Shown: positions 1 through 13,129 of the stretch, one piece after another
Layout: every line of letters begins with the position of its first letter
Position numbering within the stretch: position 1 is the first letter of the stretch
From: Eledone cirrhosa
Lineage: Eukaryota
Assembly: GCA_964016885.1 (NCBI GenBank)
Contig: OZ024757.1
Coordinates: 31,620,001 to 31,684,000 of the forward strand
Length of the DNA: 64,000 nucleotides
Direction: 5' to 3'
Program-made: the position numbers and the translations under genes
The notes under the pieces: generated by a model
The model's database searches: none
Told to the model about the DNA's origin: nothing
Seen by the model: only the letters and a program-made list of their open reading frames with translations

Positions 1-687
1 TTGCCACAAGTGACGTCAGTGAGATCCCCCTGTAGTTGTTGGTGTCAGAGAGATCTCCCTTCTTTGGCACTGGGACGATGTTACTGATCCTCCACTGATT
101 CGGGGCAACTCCTTTCTCCAGTGCCCGGTTACAGAACCCCAGGATGATATCATCAAAATCACACCTCTTCATCACCTCTGGTGCCACTCCATCTTCTCCA
201 TGAGCCTTGCCTTCCTTGATCCTCTTCTTGGCTCTCTGAAGCTCCTCTCTGGTGAAGGGCTCTGTCTCAATATCCAGTTCCTCAAACAGCCGCCTGATCT
301 CCCCAGTGCTCTGGGCTGTGGAGGGTAGCTCTCCTAGTAGGGTCCTAAAATGGTCTAGCCATTTTCTCTTCCTATCCTCAGGCCCCATTCCCTGGATCTG
401 ACTCGAACACCTTCTCTTCCTCCCTGTGATCTCGCTGATGATCATCCAGCTCTCCTTACATCCAAATCTGTCAACCGGTCTCTCCACACTTCTGATCTTC
501 TCTATCAGTGCCTCCTCTCTGGCCTCAGTATAAGCGGTACAGAGTTCTTCCCTCATCACCTCCACAGTCTCCATCCTCTCCTCCGTAGGATCAGCATAGA
601 ATTGGTCCTTGGCAGCTTTCAGGTGTTCTCTGGCTGCACACACTTTTGGGTTTGCAGAGCTGACGTGCTTCCTTTTGTTCTTTTTCC
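1..687 (-). mobile_element. RTE-type non-LTR retrotransposon ORF segment (EN-RT linker to RT domain 1), inverted part; runs off the left edge
   Basis: Manual minus-strand translation is open: ...WLDHFRTLL...EPFTREELQRAKKRIKEGKAHGEDGVAPEVMK...QWRISNIVPVPKKGDLSDTNNYRGISLTSLVA, the classic LINE RT N-terminal motifs. Confidence 0.9.
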
Positions 688-1635
688 TGATGGGATGACA
701 GAGTTTTTTGAGATACTGGCTGGAGTGCTCCAGGGAGATACATTGGCTCCCTACCTTTTTATCATCGTAGTGGACTATTATATGCGCCTTGCACTGGAGA
801 AACACCAGGACTCTGGCTTTACTGTAGCATCGGCTCAGAGCATGAGAGTTAAGGCGAAAAAGGTATCAGATGCTGAATTTGCCGACGACATAGTTTTGGT
901 GACAAATACAGTGAAGGAGGCAGAGGATTTGATGCGGGAGGTTGAGACTGTGTCGATGAGTGTGGGGCTGAGAATAAATGAGACTAAAACAAAATATCTG
1001 GTAGAGAATGTTGAGAAGCCATAGGGGATCACTAATGTAGGCGGGAAGCCGCTAGAATTGGTTGAGGGCTTCCTGTATTTGGGAGCAAAGATTGGGAATA
1101 CGGAAGATGATGTGGTTGAGAGGAAGAGCAAAGCCTGGGCGGCGTGCCGCGGCTTGAGATCGGTGTGGAAATCGGACCTTCGTAAAGACCTGAAAATCCG
1201 CCTCTTCATTGCTGTAGTGGAGTCTGTGCTGCTGTACGGGTCTGAGACTTGGACACTGACCAAGAAACTCACTCAGATGGGTGGGTGCTACACGAGAATG
1301 CTGAGGATGGCTCTGAACATTAATCAGTATACACTGAGGATGAAAAAAACTCAGAGCTGTATGGGAGCCTCCCAAAAGTCAGCTCAAAAGTGACACAGAG
1401 GAGACTGAGGTTAGCTGGATATGCCCACCGACATCCAGAGTTGACATTGCACTCAGTGCTCCTGTGGGAGCCGCTACATGGACACACTGGAAGAGGAAGA
1501 CCAAGGTTAACGTATGTTGATGCCCTAAGGACAGACACTGGTCTGTTGGAGACGCAGGACATGGCAGCGATAATGAGGGACAGAGACCGCTGGAGAGAAC
1601 TCGTTCATGGATCTTGGGAATTTTACCCGCCTTAG
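686..1635 (+). pseudogene. RTE-type LINE reverse transcriptase C-terminal half, disrupted
   Basis: GVLQGDTLAPYLF, EFADD, GLRINETKTK, FLYLG, LLYGSETW, RRLRLAG and GRGRPRLTYVD motifs; in-frame TAG at 1022-1024 and a frameshift near 1340-1390; followed by a (TA)-rich tail. Confidence 0.92.
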
Positions 1636-1675
1636 ATATATATATACATATATATACATTACTTCGCCAGAATAT

Positions 1676-4058
1676 ACAGCAGCACCACATCACAGCCAGC
1701 AGCAGCAGCACATCACCACTATACACCTCAGAATCCTTGCAGACCCTACAGCAGCAGCACACAACCACCACCACCAACAGCAGCACTATATCATAGCCAA
1801 CAGCAATACTACACCACTATACACCAGAACCGACAGCACCGCTACACCACTGCAGACCACAGAACCCCTGGAGAGCCTACAGCAGCATTACATCACAGTC
1901 AACAACAGCATTACATCACAGCCAACAGCAGCATTACATCACAGCCAACAGCAGCATTACATCACAGCCAACAGCAGCATTACATCACAGTCAACAGCAG
2001 CATTACATCACAGCCAACAGCAGCATTACATCACAGCCAACAGCAGCATTACATCACAGCCAACAGCAGCATTACATCACAGCCAACAACAGCATTACAT
2101 CACAGTCAACAACAGCATTACATCACAGCCAACAGCAGTACTACATCACAGCCAACAGCAGCATTACATCACAGTCAGCAGTACTACATCACAGCCAACA
2201 GCAGCATTACATTACAGTCAGCAGCAGCATTACATCACAGCCAACAGCAGCATTACATTACAGCCAGCAGCAGCATTACATCACAGTCAACAGTAGTACT
2301 ACATCACAGCCAACTGCAGCATTACATTACAGCCAACAGCAGTACTGCATCACAGCCAACAGCAGCATTACATCACAGTCAGCAGTACTACATCACAGCC
2401 AACAGCAGCATTACATCACAGCCAACAGCAGCATTACATTGCAGCCAACAGCAGCATTACATCACAGCCAACAGCAGCATTACATTGCAGCCAACAGCAG
2501 CATTACATTACAACCAACAGCAGTACTACATCAACTCACCAGAGCCAACAGTAGCACCACTAGCACCACCACACACCACCAGTGCTGACAACATCAGCAC
2601 TACACACCACAGTAGCACTACACCACAGTAGCACTACACCACAGTAGCACTACACCACAGCAGCACTACACACCACAGCAGCACTACACCACAGTAGCAC
2701 TACACACCACAGCAGCACTACACCACAGTAGCACTACACCACAGCAGCACTACACACCACAGCAGCACTATATTACAGCAACAGCAGCACTACACACCAC
2801 AGCAGCACTATATTACAGCAACAGCAGCACTACACACCACAACAACACTATATTACAGCCAACAGCAGCACTACACACCACAGCAGCACTATATTACAGC
2901 AACAGCAGCACTATATTACAGCAACAGCAGCACTACACACCACAGCAGCACTCCACACCACAACAACACTATATTACAGCCAACAGCAGCACTACACACC
3001 ACAGCAGCGCTACACACCACAGCAGCACTATATTACAGCCAACAGCAGCACTACACATCACAGCAGCGCTACACACCACAGCAGCACTATATTACAGCCA
3101 ACAGCAGCACTACACATCACAGCAGCGCTACACACCACAGCAGCACTATATTACAGCAACAGCAGCACTATATTACAGCAACAGCAGCACTACACACCAC
3201 AGCAGCACTCCACACCACAGCAGCACTATATTACAGCCAACAGCAGCACTACACATCACAGCAGCGCTACACACCACAGCAGCACTATATTACAGCCAAC
3301 AGCAGCACTACACATCACAGCAGCGCTACACACCACAGCAGCACTATATTACAGCCAACAGCAGCACTATATTACAGCAACAGCAGCACTACACACCACA
3401 GCAGCACTACACACCACAACAGCACTATATTACAGCCAACAGCAGCACTACACACCACAGCAGCACTCCACACCACAACAACACTATATTACAGCCAACA
3501 GCAGCACTACACACCACAGCAGCACTACACACCACAACAGCACTATATTACAGCCAACAGCAGCACTACACACCACCACAGCAGCACTACACACCACAAC
3601 AACACTATATTACAGCCAACAGCAGCACTACACACCACAGCAGCACTCTATTACAGCAACAGCAGCACTACACACCACAGCAGCACTACACACCACAGCA
3701 GCACTATATTACAGTCAACAGCAGCACTACACACCACAGCAGCACTACACACCACAGCAGCACTATATTACAGCCAACAGCAGCACTACACACAACAGCA
3801 GCACTACACACAACAGCAGCACTACACACCACAGCAGCACTATTACAGCCAACAGCAGCACTACACACAACAGCAGCACTACACACCACAGCAGCACTAC
3901 ACACCCAGCAGCACTCCACACCACAGCAGCACTACACACCCAGCAGCACTACACACCACAGCAGCACTATATTACAGCAACAGCAGCACTCCACACCACA
4001 ACAACACTATATTACAGCCAACAGCAGCACTACACACCACAGCAGCACTACACACCAT
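1676..4058. repeat. Compound minisatellite: 23-bp unit (cagcagcattacatcacagccaa) grading into 18-bp (cagcagcactacacacca) and 22-23-bp variants
   Basis: Directly visible tandem units. Confidence 0.95.
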
Positions 4059-4229
4059 GCCACCCCATCACAACCTACAACACCAGTAACCATTCTAATA
4101 ATAATCCTACTATAAAACACCCATTTCTCTATTCCTGGCACTTCACAACATTTTCTTCCCATAGTTCCTTCACTAGAATCTATATTTATATCTGAACCTC
4201 TGCAATACACACGCACACGCACCTCACCA

Positions 4230-4305
<76 letters not shown>

Positions 4306-4420
4306 ACGAAGGAGGTGTGGTAAGGAGCCAGGTGGACCATAACACACCAGAGTACTCAATACTTTGAGTAGTAGAGTGGGTAATAAGAAAAGAGTCAGGA
4401 ACCCGACGGCTGAGTTTCAG
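4306..4420 (-). mobile_element. Penelope-like pLTR fragment, family A
   Basis: Shares ccaggtggaccataac...gtactcaatactt..gtagtagagtgggtaat with copies at 6945, 8485, 12260, 32684, 34209 and 61810; one end abuts (TA)n. Confidence 0.6.
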
Positions 4421-4705
4421 AAGATCCTGTTAAGCTCGGTATGGAGTTAGTTCCACAGCAAATTAGCAAACCATACTCGAGGGCGCGCGTTTCATCTACC
4501 GAATTTTCACACCCAAGTGAGGTTGAAAATCCGCTAGGTGAAGCGTGCGCTGTCGAGTATGGTTTGGTAATTTTTTGTTGAAAAAGTTTGGTATGAATAG
4601 TTACGACAGTGACATAAACTAGTTCTGCACCCTGACTCATTCGGCCTGCCGTGTGTGTGTCCGGGGAGTGTAACGCGAAGTTAACTGTAGGCTCACCCGG
4701 GTGAG

Positions 4706-4996
4706 CAAGGGCCTAGTTTCATGGGGGGGGGGGGTACTAGGAGACACCCCCCCCACACACACACACACACCACCACCACAAACGTCTGTTTATTTAATAT
4801 AATAAATTCTTTCTAAGCCTATTTTTTTTTTTTTTTATAGCTGAACTTCATTTGAATATATAAAATTTAATTAGCATAAAATTTTACTTATGTTATAGGG
4901 TCCGGGAAAGGCAACATAAACAATTTATGCTCCTTTAAGAATCAACAAATGTTGGTTTGCCCCCCGCTCACATTTCTAAGGCAAACGAGGCCCCTG
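4706..4996. mobile_element. hAT-like MITE
   Basis: Imperfect TIRs caagggcctagtttc / caaacgaggcccctg; 8-bp flanks cgggtgag / caggtgac match at 6/8 (decayed TSD). Confidence 0.55.
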
Positions 4997-5146
4997 CAGG
5001 TGACCACTCGATATTTAGGTTCACGTCAATAGCTAGGTGTAGAGCTAGAAAGAGTGTAATATAATAGTTTTTTACTTTTGGCACAAGGCCAGCAATTATC
5101 TCAGTGCATTACTGGTACATGTAATATAATACAAGGACAATTGGTT

Positions 5147-5196
<50 letters not shown>

Positions 5197-5358
5197 TAGG
5201 TTGCGATTTGAAGTAGATTTAGCTGCAATTTCTAGCTAGCTAGCTAGTAGCACGCTTATATAGACACAGAACAGACAGGCTGTGTGATTTGAGGGTTGTT
5301 TACCTGCTATATCTAGCTAACTAGCTGGTTGAAAGACTACATAGTGAGGCGCGTACTA

Positions 5359-5412
<54 letters not shown>

Positions 5413-5539
5413 ACAGATTGTATGAGTGTGTGTTTTGTTTTCTCCGTAAACCCAAATTTTGTAAATTCCATTCTACATGTCATGAACTTGTGACAGACTG
5501 ACCTAGTTTTCATATAGTATATATATATATTATATATAT

Positions 5540-5596
<57 letters not shown>

Positions 5597-5611
5597 TATA
5601 TGTATATACGC

Positions 5612-5644
<33 letters not shown>

Positions 5645-5749
5645 TGTATATATATATGTATATGTGTTTGTGTGTGTGTGTATAATCTTGTGTTTTTTAT
5701 ATGGTTTCATCATATTTTTTTCGTTGTTACTTTTTCTACTTTTTCCTCT

Positions 5750-6110
5750 CCCTCCCTACCTCTCTCCTCTACCTATCTCTCTCTCCTCTACCTATCTCTC
5801 TCTCCTCTACCTATCTCTCTCTCCTCTACCTATCTCTCTCTCCTCTACCTATCTCTCTCTCCTCTACCTATCTCTCTCTCCTCTACCTATCTCTCTCTCC
5901 TCTACCTATCTCTCTCCTCTACCTATCTCTCTCTCTCTCCCTCTCCTCTCTCCTCTACCTATCTCTTTCTCTCCTCTACCTCTCTCTCTCTCCTCTACCT
6001 CTCTCTCTCTCCTCTACCTCTCTCTCTCTCTCTCTCCTCTACCTCTCTCTCTCTCTCCTCTACCTCTCTCTCTCTCACCCCCATCCCCCATCTCACTCTC
6101 TCTCTCTCAC
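5750..6110. repeat. CT-rich ~20-bp minisatellite (ctcctctacctatctctct)
   Basis: Visible tandem units. Confidence 0.9.
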
Positions 6111-6552
6111 CCCCCATCGCCTCTTCCTCACCTCCGCCTCTTCCTTCTCTACCACCGCCTCTTCCTTCTCTACCACCATCCTTAATTTCACTAAGTTTCT
6201 TTCTCTTCATTTGGGTATGTATGTATGTGTCGGCGCAGGCACACATATATATATACACACATATAGAGGTAGAACACTGGAAGGTAATATCCGTAGTGGT
6301 AGAGCACTCAGTCCATGGGACGAGTTTGGTAGAAGTGTAATAACACAACAGTTAGTTCACCATACCGAGAACAATTGTTTCACCATACTGAGAACAATTG
6401 TTTCACCTTAGTGGATCCTCAGCTCGTACTGGTCATGGTTATACGTAACAGCTTTTAGGTTGATTTGGTCGGTTGGAAGTGACCACAGCTTCATATACAC
6501 ACGCACACACACACACACACACAGACACAGACACACACACACACACAGACAC

Positions 6553-6587
<35 letters not shown>

Positions 6588-6611
6588 CACACTTTTTCAA
6601 TACTTATATAT

Positions 6612-6695
6612 ATATGGTGTCCCCAAAAATGTATACAGACAGTATTTATGAGAATGCTGTTGAAGTGTGTATACATATTTTTGGTACATCCTGTA
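6612..6695. mobile_element. Small Tc1/mariner-type MITE
   Basis: Inverted ends ggtgtccccaaaaatgtatac / gtatacatatttttggtacatcctg, flanked by TA. Confidence 0.5.
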
Positions 6696-6706
6696 TATAG
6701 TAATCA

Positions 6707-6739
<33 letters not shown>

Positions 6740-6828
6740 TAAATATGTACACATGCATACATACATACATACATACATACACATATATACACATTTATAT
6801 ATACACACACGTGTGTATATATAAATAA

Positions 6829-6862
<34 letters not shown>

Positions 6863-6944
6863 ATATAACGGGGTTTTAAATAAAACTGAATCAACTGAAT
6901 ATGGCCTCCGATCTTTTAATAAATATATATATACATACATATAT

Positions 6945-7081
6945 GGGAAAAGGTATGACCCCGACGGCTTGAGCTCTGCCGTCGGGGTCATACCTTTTCC
7001 TATTACCCACTCTACTACCCTAAGTATTGAGTACTCTGGTGCGTTATGGTCCACCTGGTTCCTTACCACAATTCCTTCGTT
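6945..7081 (+). mobile_element. Penelope-like pLTR fragment, family A, with fold-back 5' end
   Basis: Palindrome 6945-7000 followed by family A 3' sequence. Confidence 0.65.
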
Positions 7082-7082
7082 C

Positions 7083-7220
7083 AGTCACGTCCCTTTATGA
7101 TCTGAGTTCAAATCCCGCCGAGGTTGACTTTGCCTTTCATCCTTACGGGGTCGATAAAATAAAGTACCAGTAATGTACTGGGGATAATTGGTGGCCTTGT
7201 GCCTAAAGTAGAAACAGTTA
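7083..7220 (+). mobile_element. tRNA-derived SINE (Meta/MESC-like core), 5'-truncated
   Basis: B-box gagttcaaatccc, core gcctttcatccttacggggtcgataaaataaagtaccag, 3' end ggccttgtgcctaaagtagaaaca. Confidence 0.85.
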
Positions 7221-7327
7221 TATATATATATATAGTGAAAGCATGAACGGGAACAAAACAGAGAGACAGTACAAACAAAGGTTTATTAGTTTCACGCTCT
7301 TTAGAGTGGGGTGGGAGTGGGTGGGGG

Positions 7328-7355
7328 GACGTTTCGGACATAAACCCATCTTCAG
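7328..7355 (-). ncRNA. Minimal hammerhead ribozyme-like core (family B pLTR, ~7235-7465)
   Basis: Reverse complement CUGAAGA-U-GGGU-UUAU-GUCC-GAAACGUC; helix II needs G-U pairs; helix I poor. Confidence 0.5.
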
Positions 7356-7522
7356 GAGAAAAGTGTGTGGGAAGAGAGTTCCGAGGGTGTGTGGAGGAGT
7401 GGTGGAGAGACATTGAGAAAGAAAAAGAGGGGGGTGGGGTGGAGAAAAGGGAGGAAAAACGGTGATATATATATATATACGCACACACACATGTATATAT
7501 ATATATATATACGCACACACAC

Positions 7523-7561
<39 letters not shown>

Positions 7562-7767
7562 GGAGGTGAGTTTTATTGTAGTACAATAAAGCAATGCAGA
7601 TATCGGATAAGAAGCACTCTACAGTTTGTAGGACTGGAGTATACAGTTCTTATATATTATATATATATACAGTATAATGGAAAATTTTAACAGGAACAAA
7701 ACAGAGAGGCAGTACGACGAATGTTTATTAATTTCACGCTCTTGAGAGTGGGGTGGTGGTGGTGGAC

Positions 7768-7795
7768 GACGTTTCGGGCATAAGCCCTTCTTCAG
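7768..7795 (-). ncRNA. Minimal hammerhead ribozyme-like core (family B pLTR, ~7670-7885)
   Basis: Reverse complement CUGAAGA-A-GGGC-UUAU-GCCC-GAAACGUC; perfect 4-bp helix II; short helix I. Confidence 0.6.
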
Positions 7796-8071
7796 GTGAA
7801 AAGTGTGTGGGAAGAGAGTTCAAAGGGTGTGTAGGGGAGTGGTGGCGAGACATATAGCAAAAAGGGGGTGGGAGGAAACGGTATATGTATATATACGCAC
7901 ACACACATGTATATATATATATATATATACAAACATACACGTAGCGAATGTCGTGAACACAATGCACACTAACACACCTATTAGATAATATTACACGCCT
8001 GCGCGCACGCTCAAACTTGTATTACATGTACGTGATTGTAACATATTCGCTATGTCTGTTGTGTGTATGTT

Positions 8072-8147
<76 letters not shown>

Positions 8148-8190
8148 GATAAGAGGGTGTTAAAGTTTGCTTGTATATATATATACACAC

Positions 8191-8221
<31 letters not shown>

Positions 8222-8313
8222 AAGATCGGAGGCCATATTCAGTTGATTCAGTTTTATTTAAAACCCCGTTATACATATACACACACACATATATATACAC
8301 ACACACACACACA

Positions 8314-8360
<47 letters not shown>

Positions 8361-8484
8361 GTGTGTGCATATATAAATGTGTATATATGTGTATGTATAT
8401 AGAAATGTATATGTATGTATGTACGTGTACATGTGAACATATATATATATATTTATATATATCTCTATATATAAAGAGAGATAG

Positions 8485-8605
8485 AGGAAAAAAGTCTGAC
8501 CCCGACGGCAGAACTCAAGCCGTTTCGACGGCTATTTCTACTACCCTAAGTATTGAGTACTCTGGTGCGTTATGGTCCATCTGTTTCCTTACCACAATTC
8601 CTTTG
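8485..8605 (+). mobile_element. Penelope-like pLTR fragment, family A
   Basis: Family A sequence with a partial inverted head. Confidence 0.6.
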
Positions 8606-8671
<66 letters not shown>

Positions 8672-9068
8672 TATACTGTAGTACATATTTGGTAGAACTA
8701 TGCAAGGGTGAGGTGAGAGCATTCAGTCCATAGGACGAGTTTAGTATAAATAGTTACAATATATAAATGTCACTGTAACTAATTATATATATATGTGTGT
8801 ATGTTTGAATGTGTGTGTGTGTGTATGTTTGAATGTGTGTGTGTGTATGTTTGAATGTGTGTATGTTTGAATGTGTATGTGTGTATGTTTGAATGCGTGT
8901 GTGTGTATGTTTGAATGTGTGTGTGTGTGTGTGTATGTTTGAATGTGTGTGTGTGTATGTATGTTTGAATGTGTGTGTGTGTATGATTGAATGTGTATGT
9001 TTGAATGTGTGTGTGTGTATGTTTGAATGTGTGTGTGTGTATGTTTGTGTGTATTATAGTGATAATCG

Positions 9069-9172
9069 CGCCGAGGTTGACTTTGCCTTTCATCCTTACG
9101 GGGTCGATAAAATAAAGTACCAGTAATGCACTGGTGTATTTGCTGGCCTTGTGCCTAAAGTAGAAACAGTTA
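9069..9172 (+). mobile_element. SINE fragment (Meta-like core)
   Basis: Same core and 3' end as the 7083 copy. Confidence 0.85.
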
Positions 9173-9254
9173 TAGTGATATAGAATGCTTACATAGCATA
9201 GTTATATACACGCACGCACACACACTTAAAGACACTTACACACACACACACATG

Positions 9255-9648
9255 CGTACACACGTACCAGACTGTACTGTAGTACAACACATGGGCTCAT
9301 ACACACGGACTCTCTCACACACACACACGTCTGTACTGTAGTACAACACACGGACTCTCACACACACACACACACGTCTGTACTGTAGTACAACACACGG
9401 ACTCTCACACACACACACGCACCTGTCTGTACTGTAGTACAACACACGGACTCATACACACACATACGGATATACGGACTCACACACACCTGTCTGTACT
9501 GTAGTACAACACACGGACTCATACACACACACACATACGGACGCACGCACGCACCTGTCTGTGCTGTAGTACAACACACGGACTCATACACATACGGACT
9601 CACACAGACGGACATACGGACACACACACACAGACTCACACACGGACT

Positions 9649-9679
<31 letters not shown>

Positions 9680-9740
9680 AGACGGACATACGGACTCATA
9701 CACGTACGGACACACGCGCTCAAACACACGAACACACGAA
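9255..9740. repeat. CA-rich minisatellite (ctgtactgtagtacaacacacggactc...)
   Basis: About 7 variable-length units. Confidence 0.85.
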
Positions 9741-9879
9741 CAGTGATAAAACAGGGCAGGGCGTAGGAACTGACCTACTTTTTAAACGTAAGCGCCTTTC
9801 TCATTGGTTGCTATAGTAGCACCGCCATAGGAAAAAGCGCACTTCACATCGTTTGTCGTTCTAGAAATATCTAACAGGC

Positions 9880-10940
9880 TCTCACACACTCTCTCTCTCT
9901 CTCACACTCTCTCTCACACTCTCTCTCACACTCACTCTCTCTCTCTCTCACTCTCTCTCTCTCTCACTCTCTCTCTCTCTCTCTCTCTCTCACACTCACT
10001 CTCTCTCTCACACTCACTCTCTCTCACACTCACCTCTCTCACACTCACTCTCTCTCACACCCACTCTCTCTCACACTCACCTCTCTTACACTCACCTCTC
10101 TTACACTCACCTCTCTTACACTCACCTCTCTTACACTCACCTCACTCTCACACTCACTCTCTCTCTCACGCACTCTCTCTCACGCACTCTCTCTCACACA
10201 CTCTCTCTCACACTCACTCTCTCTCACGCACTCTCTCTCACACGCACTCTCTCTCACGCACTCTCTCTCACGCACTCTCTCTCACGCACTCTCTCTCACA
10301 CTCACGCACTCTCTCTCACACTCACTCTCTCTCACGCACTCTCTCACACTCACTCTCTCTCTCCCTCTCGCCTTTGGGGCTGAGAGACTGTGAAGGATCT
10401 GGCCCTTTTCTTTCTCTATCTCTCTCTCCCTCTCTCGCCTTTGGGGCCGAAGGACCGAGAAGGCTCTGGCCCTTTTCTTTCTCTATTCCTCTCTCTATCT
10501 CTCTCGCCTTTGGGGCCGAAGGACCGAGAAGGCTCTGGCCTTCTCTCTCTCGCCCTTAGGGACTGAAGGACTGTGAAGACTCTGGCCCCTTTTCTCTCGT
10601 CCTTGGGACTGAGAGACCGAGAAGTCTCTAGTTCTTTCTCTCACTCTCTCGCCCTTGGGAATGAGTGACTGAAGGCTCTGGCCCTTTCTCTCTCTCGCCC
10701 TTATGGCTGAGGGACCGAGAAGTCTCTGGTCTGTTCGCTCTCTCGGGACTGAGTGACTGAGAAGGCTCTCGCCTTTGGGGCTGAAGGACTCAATATACTG
10801 GCCCTATCTCTCTCTCTCTCTCTCTCTCTCTCGCCCTATCTCTCTCTCTCTCTCGCCCTATCTCTCTCTCTCTCTCGCCCTCTCTCTCTCTCACGCCCTC
10901 TCTCTCTCTCCCACGCCCTCTCTCTCTCTCTCTCTCTCTC
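9880..10940. repeat. CT/CA microsatellite and degenerate ~50-bp minisatellite (ctctcgcctttggggccgaaggaccgagaaggctctggccc)
   Basis: Visible tandem units at 10365-10800 within CT tracts. Confidence 0.85.
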
Positions 10941-11571
10941 TTATATAATATCCTTCCTCAATCCTAAACTATTTCTTTCCTCCTGCGTTTCTTCAATCAA
11001 TTTTCGACTCATCTCAAATGGAAGAAGTAAAAGCACAACAACAAATATCTTCCACTACCACTTCCACTTCCACTGTCAGATAAGCGCCGTCAGTGTTTGG
11101 ACCGACATTACCGACATTATCCTGGGATGTAGGTCACTATGACAAAACCAATGAGAGACTTCGTTAGAAAGAGTCTTTGTTAGAGAGAGAGAGAGAGATA
11201 CAGATAGAACGAGAGAGTGGCAGGAGGAAGGGGAGTGTGTGCTGCTTTTTGTGTAAGCTTCTTTTTATTATTTCCTTTTTTCTCTTTCTCTTGCTCTTCT
11301 CTGTGGTTTCCTTCCTCCTCCTTCTCACCTTACACACACACACACTCACTCATTCTTTTTTCTCTTTTTTTTTTCTCTTTTTATCCTGCTCTCAACTTAA
11401 ACTGGTCGGTCGCCGGTTTGAGAGAGAGGAAGAGTGAGAAGAGAGGAAGGGAGAATGAGAGAGAGGAAGAGTGAGAGAGAGGGAGGGGGAGAGGGAGAGA
11501 TTTTTTTCTTGTAAACAAGTTAAAAATAGATATGACACGGGGAATGTTAGATGTTGCCTCTAGGTCACACA

Positions 11572-11622
<51 letters not shown>

Positions 11623-12259
11623 GTATATACACACACACACACACAGACGTATATACACACACACACACACAGACGTATATACACACACACACACACAGAC
11701 GTATACACACACACACACACACACACATGTATATATAAAGCAAGCCAGGTTTGTTGATTGACTGGCTGACTGGATGGGCGGGCCGTGTGTGTATGTAAGT
11801 ATGTGTATGATTGTGTATGTAAGTGTAGTGTATGATTGTGTATGTAAGTATGTGTATGATTGTGTATGTATGTGTATGTAACGTAGTGAATGTGTGTAGC
11901 TGAGTAATTTTGTGTAAATTAAGCTATGTGTGTGTTTGTGTGAACGAATATTTATAAATGAATGTGTATATCTATATCTCTCTGTTCGCTCTCTCTCTCC
12001 CCTCCCCTCCCCTCACTCCCCCCCGCCCCCCTGTCCGCTCCCCCCTGTCCGCTCCCCCTCCCCCTGTCCCCTCCCCCTCCCCCCTGTCCGCTCTCTCCCT
12101 GTCCGCTCTCTCTCCCTGTCCGCTCTCTCTCCCTGTCCGCTCTCTCTCCCTGTCCGCTCTCTCTCTCTCTCTGTTCGCTCTCTCTCTCTGTTCTCTTCTT
12201 CCTCTCTCTCTCTCTATATATATAATATAGAAATTCGGGAGAAATCATCAGGGCTTTCC

Positions 12260-12358
12260 TAGCGGAATGGCCGAGCTCAGCCGTTGGGGTCCTGAATATT
12301 ACTCCCTCGAGTACTCTGGTGGATTATGGTCCACCTGGTATTTTACCACACCCTTCCT
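12260..12358 (+). mobile_element. Penelope-like pLTR fragment, family A (diverged)
   Basis: gagctcagccgttggggtcc...gagtactctggtggattatggtccacctgg. Confidence 0.55.
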
Positions 12359-12426
12359 GATATATATATAGTTCGAAATAACAAAAGACAAACAAATGCA
12401 GGAATAATTATTACATGGTATTTACA

Positions 12427-12548
12427 ATTCTGAGTTCAAATCCCGCCAAGGTTAACTTTGCCTTTCATCCTTACGGGGTCGATAAAATAAAGTACCAGTA
12501 ATGCACTGGAAAATTGCTGGCCTTGTGCCTAACGTAGAAACAATTATT
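12427..12548 (+). mobile_element. SINE (Meta-like core), 5'-truncated, inserted into a family B pLTR remnant
   Basis: SINE core; flanks match the 7260-7340 sequence (attagtttcacgct...gacgtttcggaca). Confidence 0.8.
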
Positions 12549-12678
12549 AGTTTCACGCTTGGTGAGAGTGTGTGTGCGTGTGGTTACGACGTTTCGGACA
12601 TCCTGTAGAAGTCATTTCTATTTATAACTGAGATCCCTATATCCTACCAAAGTATTGAGTCTCTTCTTTAACTGTGGT

Positions 12679-12752
<74 letters not shown>

Positions 12753-12779
12753 GCGTTTCCCTGGAGGGTGGTGAGGCCG

Positions 12780-13065
12780 TCGCGCTGGCAGTCATTCCAG
12801 CTTGCGAGACATGGGTGTTGCGTCTTTACTTCCCCAGAGTCGTGGTGGAACAGTACACCACCTCCCTCCACCCATCTCTTGACTGGTCCACTTTACTCCC
12901 CCAGAGTCGTGGTGGAGTAGTACCACCCCCACCCATCTCTTTACTGGTCCATTTTCTCCATGGTATCCACGTGATTTTCCTCCATGGTATCCACGTGATT
13001 TTCCTCTGATGTCCTTGGATGAGGGTCTCGGTTAATCCATCAGATCTTGCAAACCTGATCGTACC
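12780..13065 (-). mobile_element. Degenerate RTE-type LINE 3' end with internal duplications
   Basis: Minus-strand fragments TLIQG...W...KWTS and DQSRDGWREVV resemble RTE C-terminal motifs. Confidence 0.45.
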
Positions 13066-13129
13066 ATTCCATTTTCATTTCATTACAATGTGTAGCAAGT
13101 ATTTATTTACCTACATGTTTCCTGGTGCT

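Noticed and set aside
1607-2296. 229-aa Gln/His/Thr-rich ORF
   Set aside because: Translation of the 23-bp minisatellite
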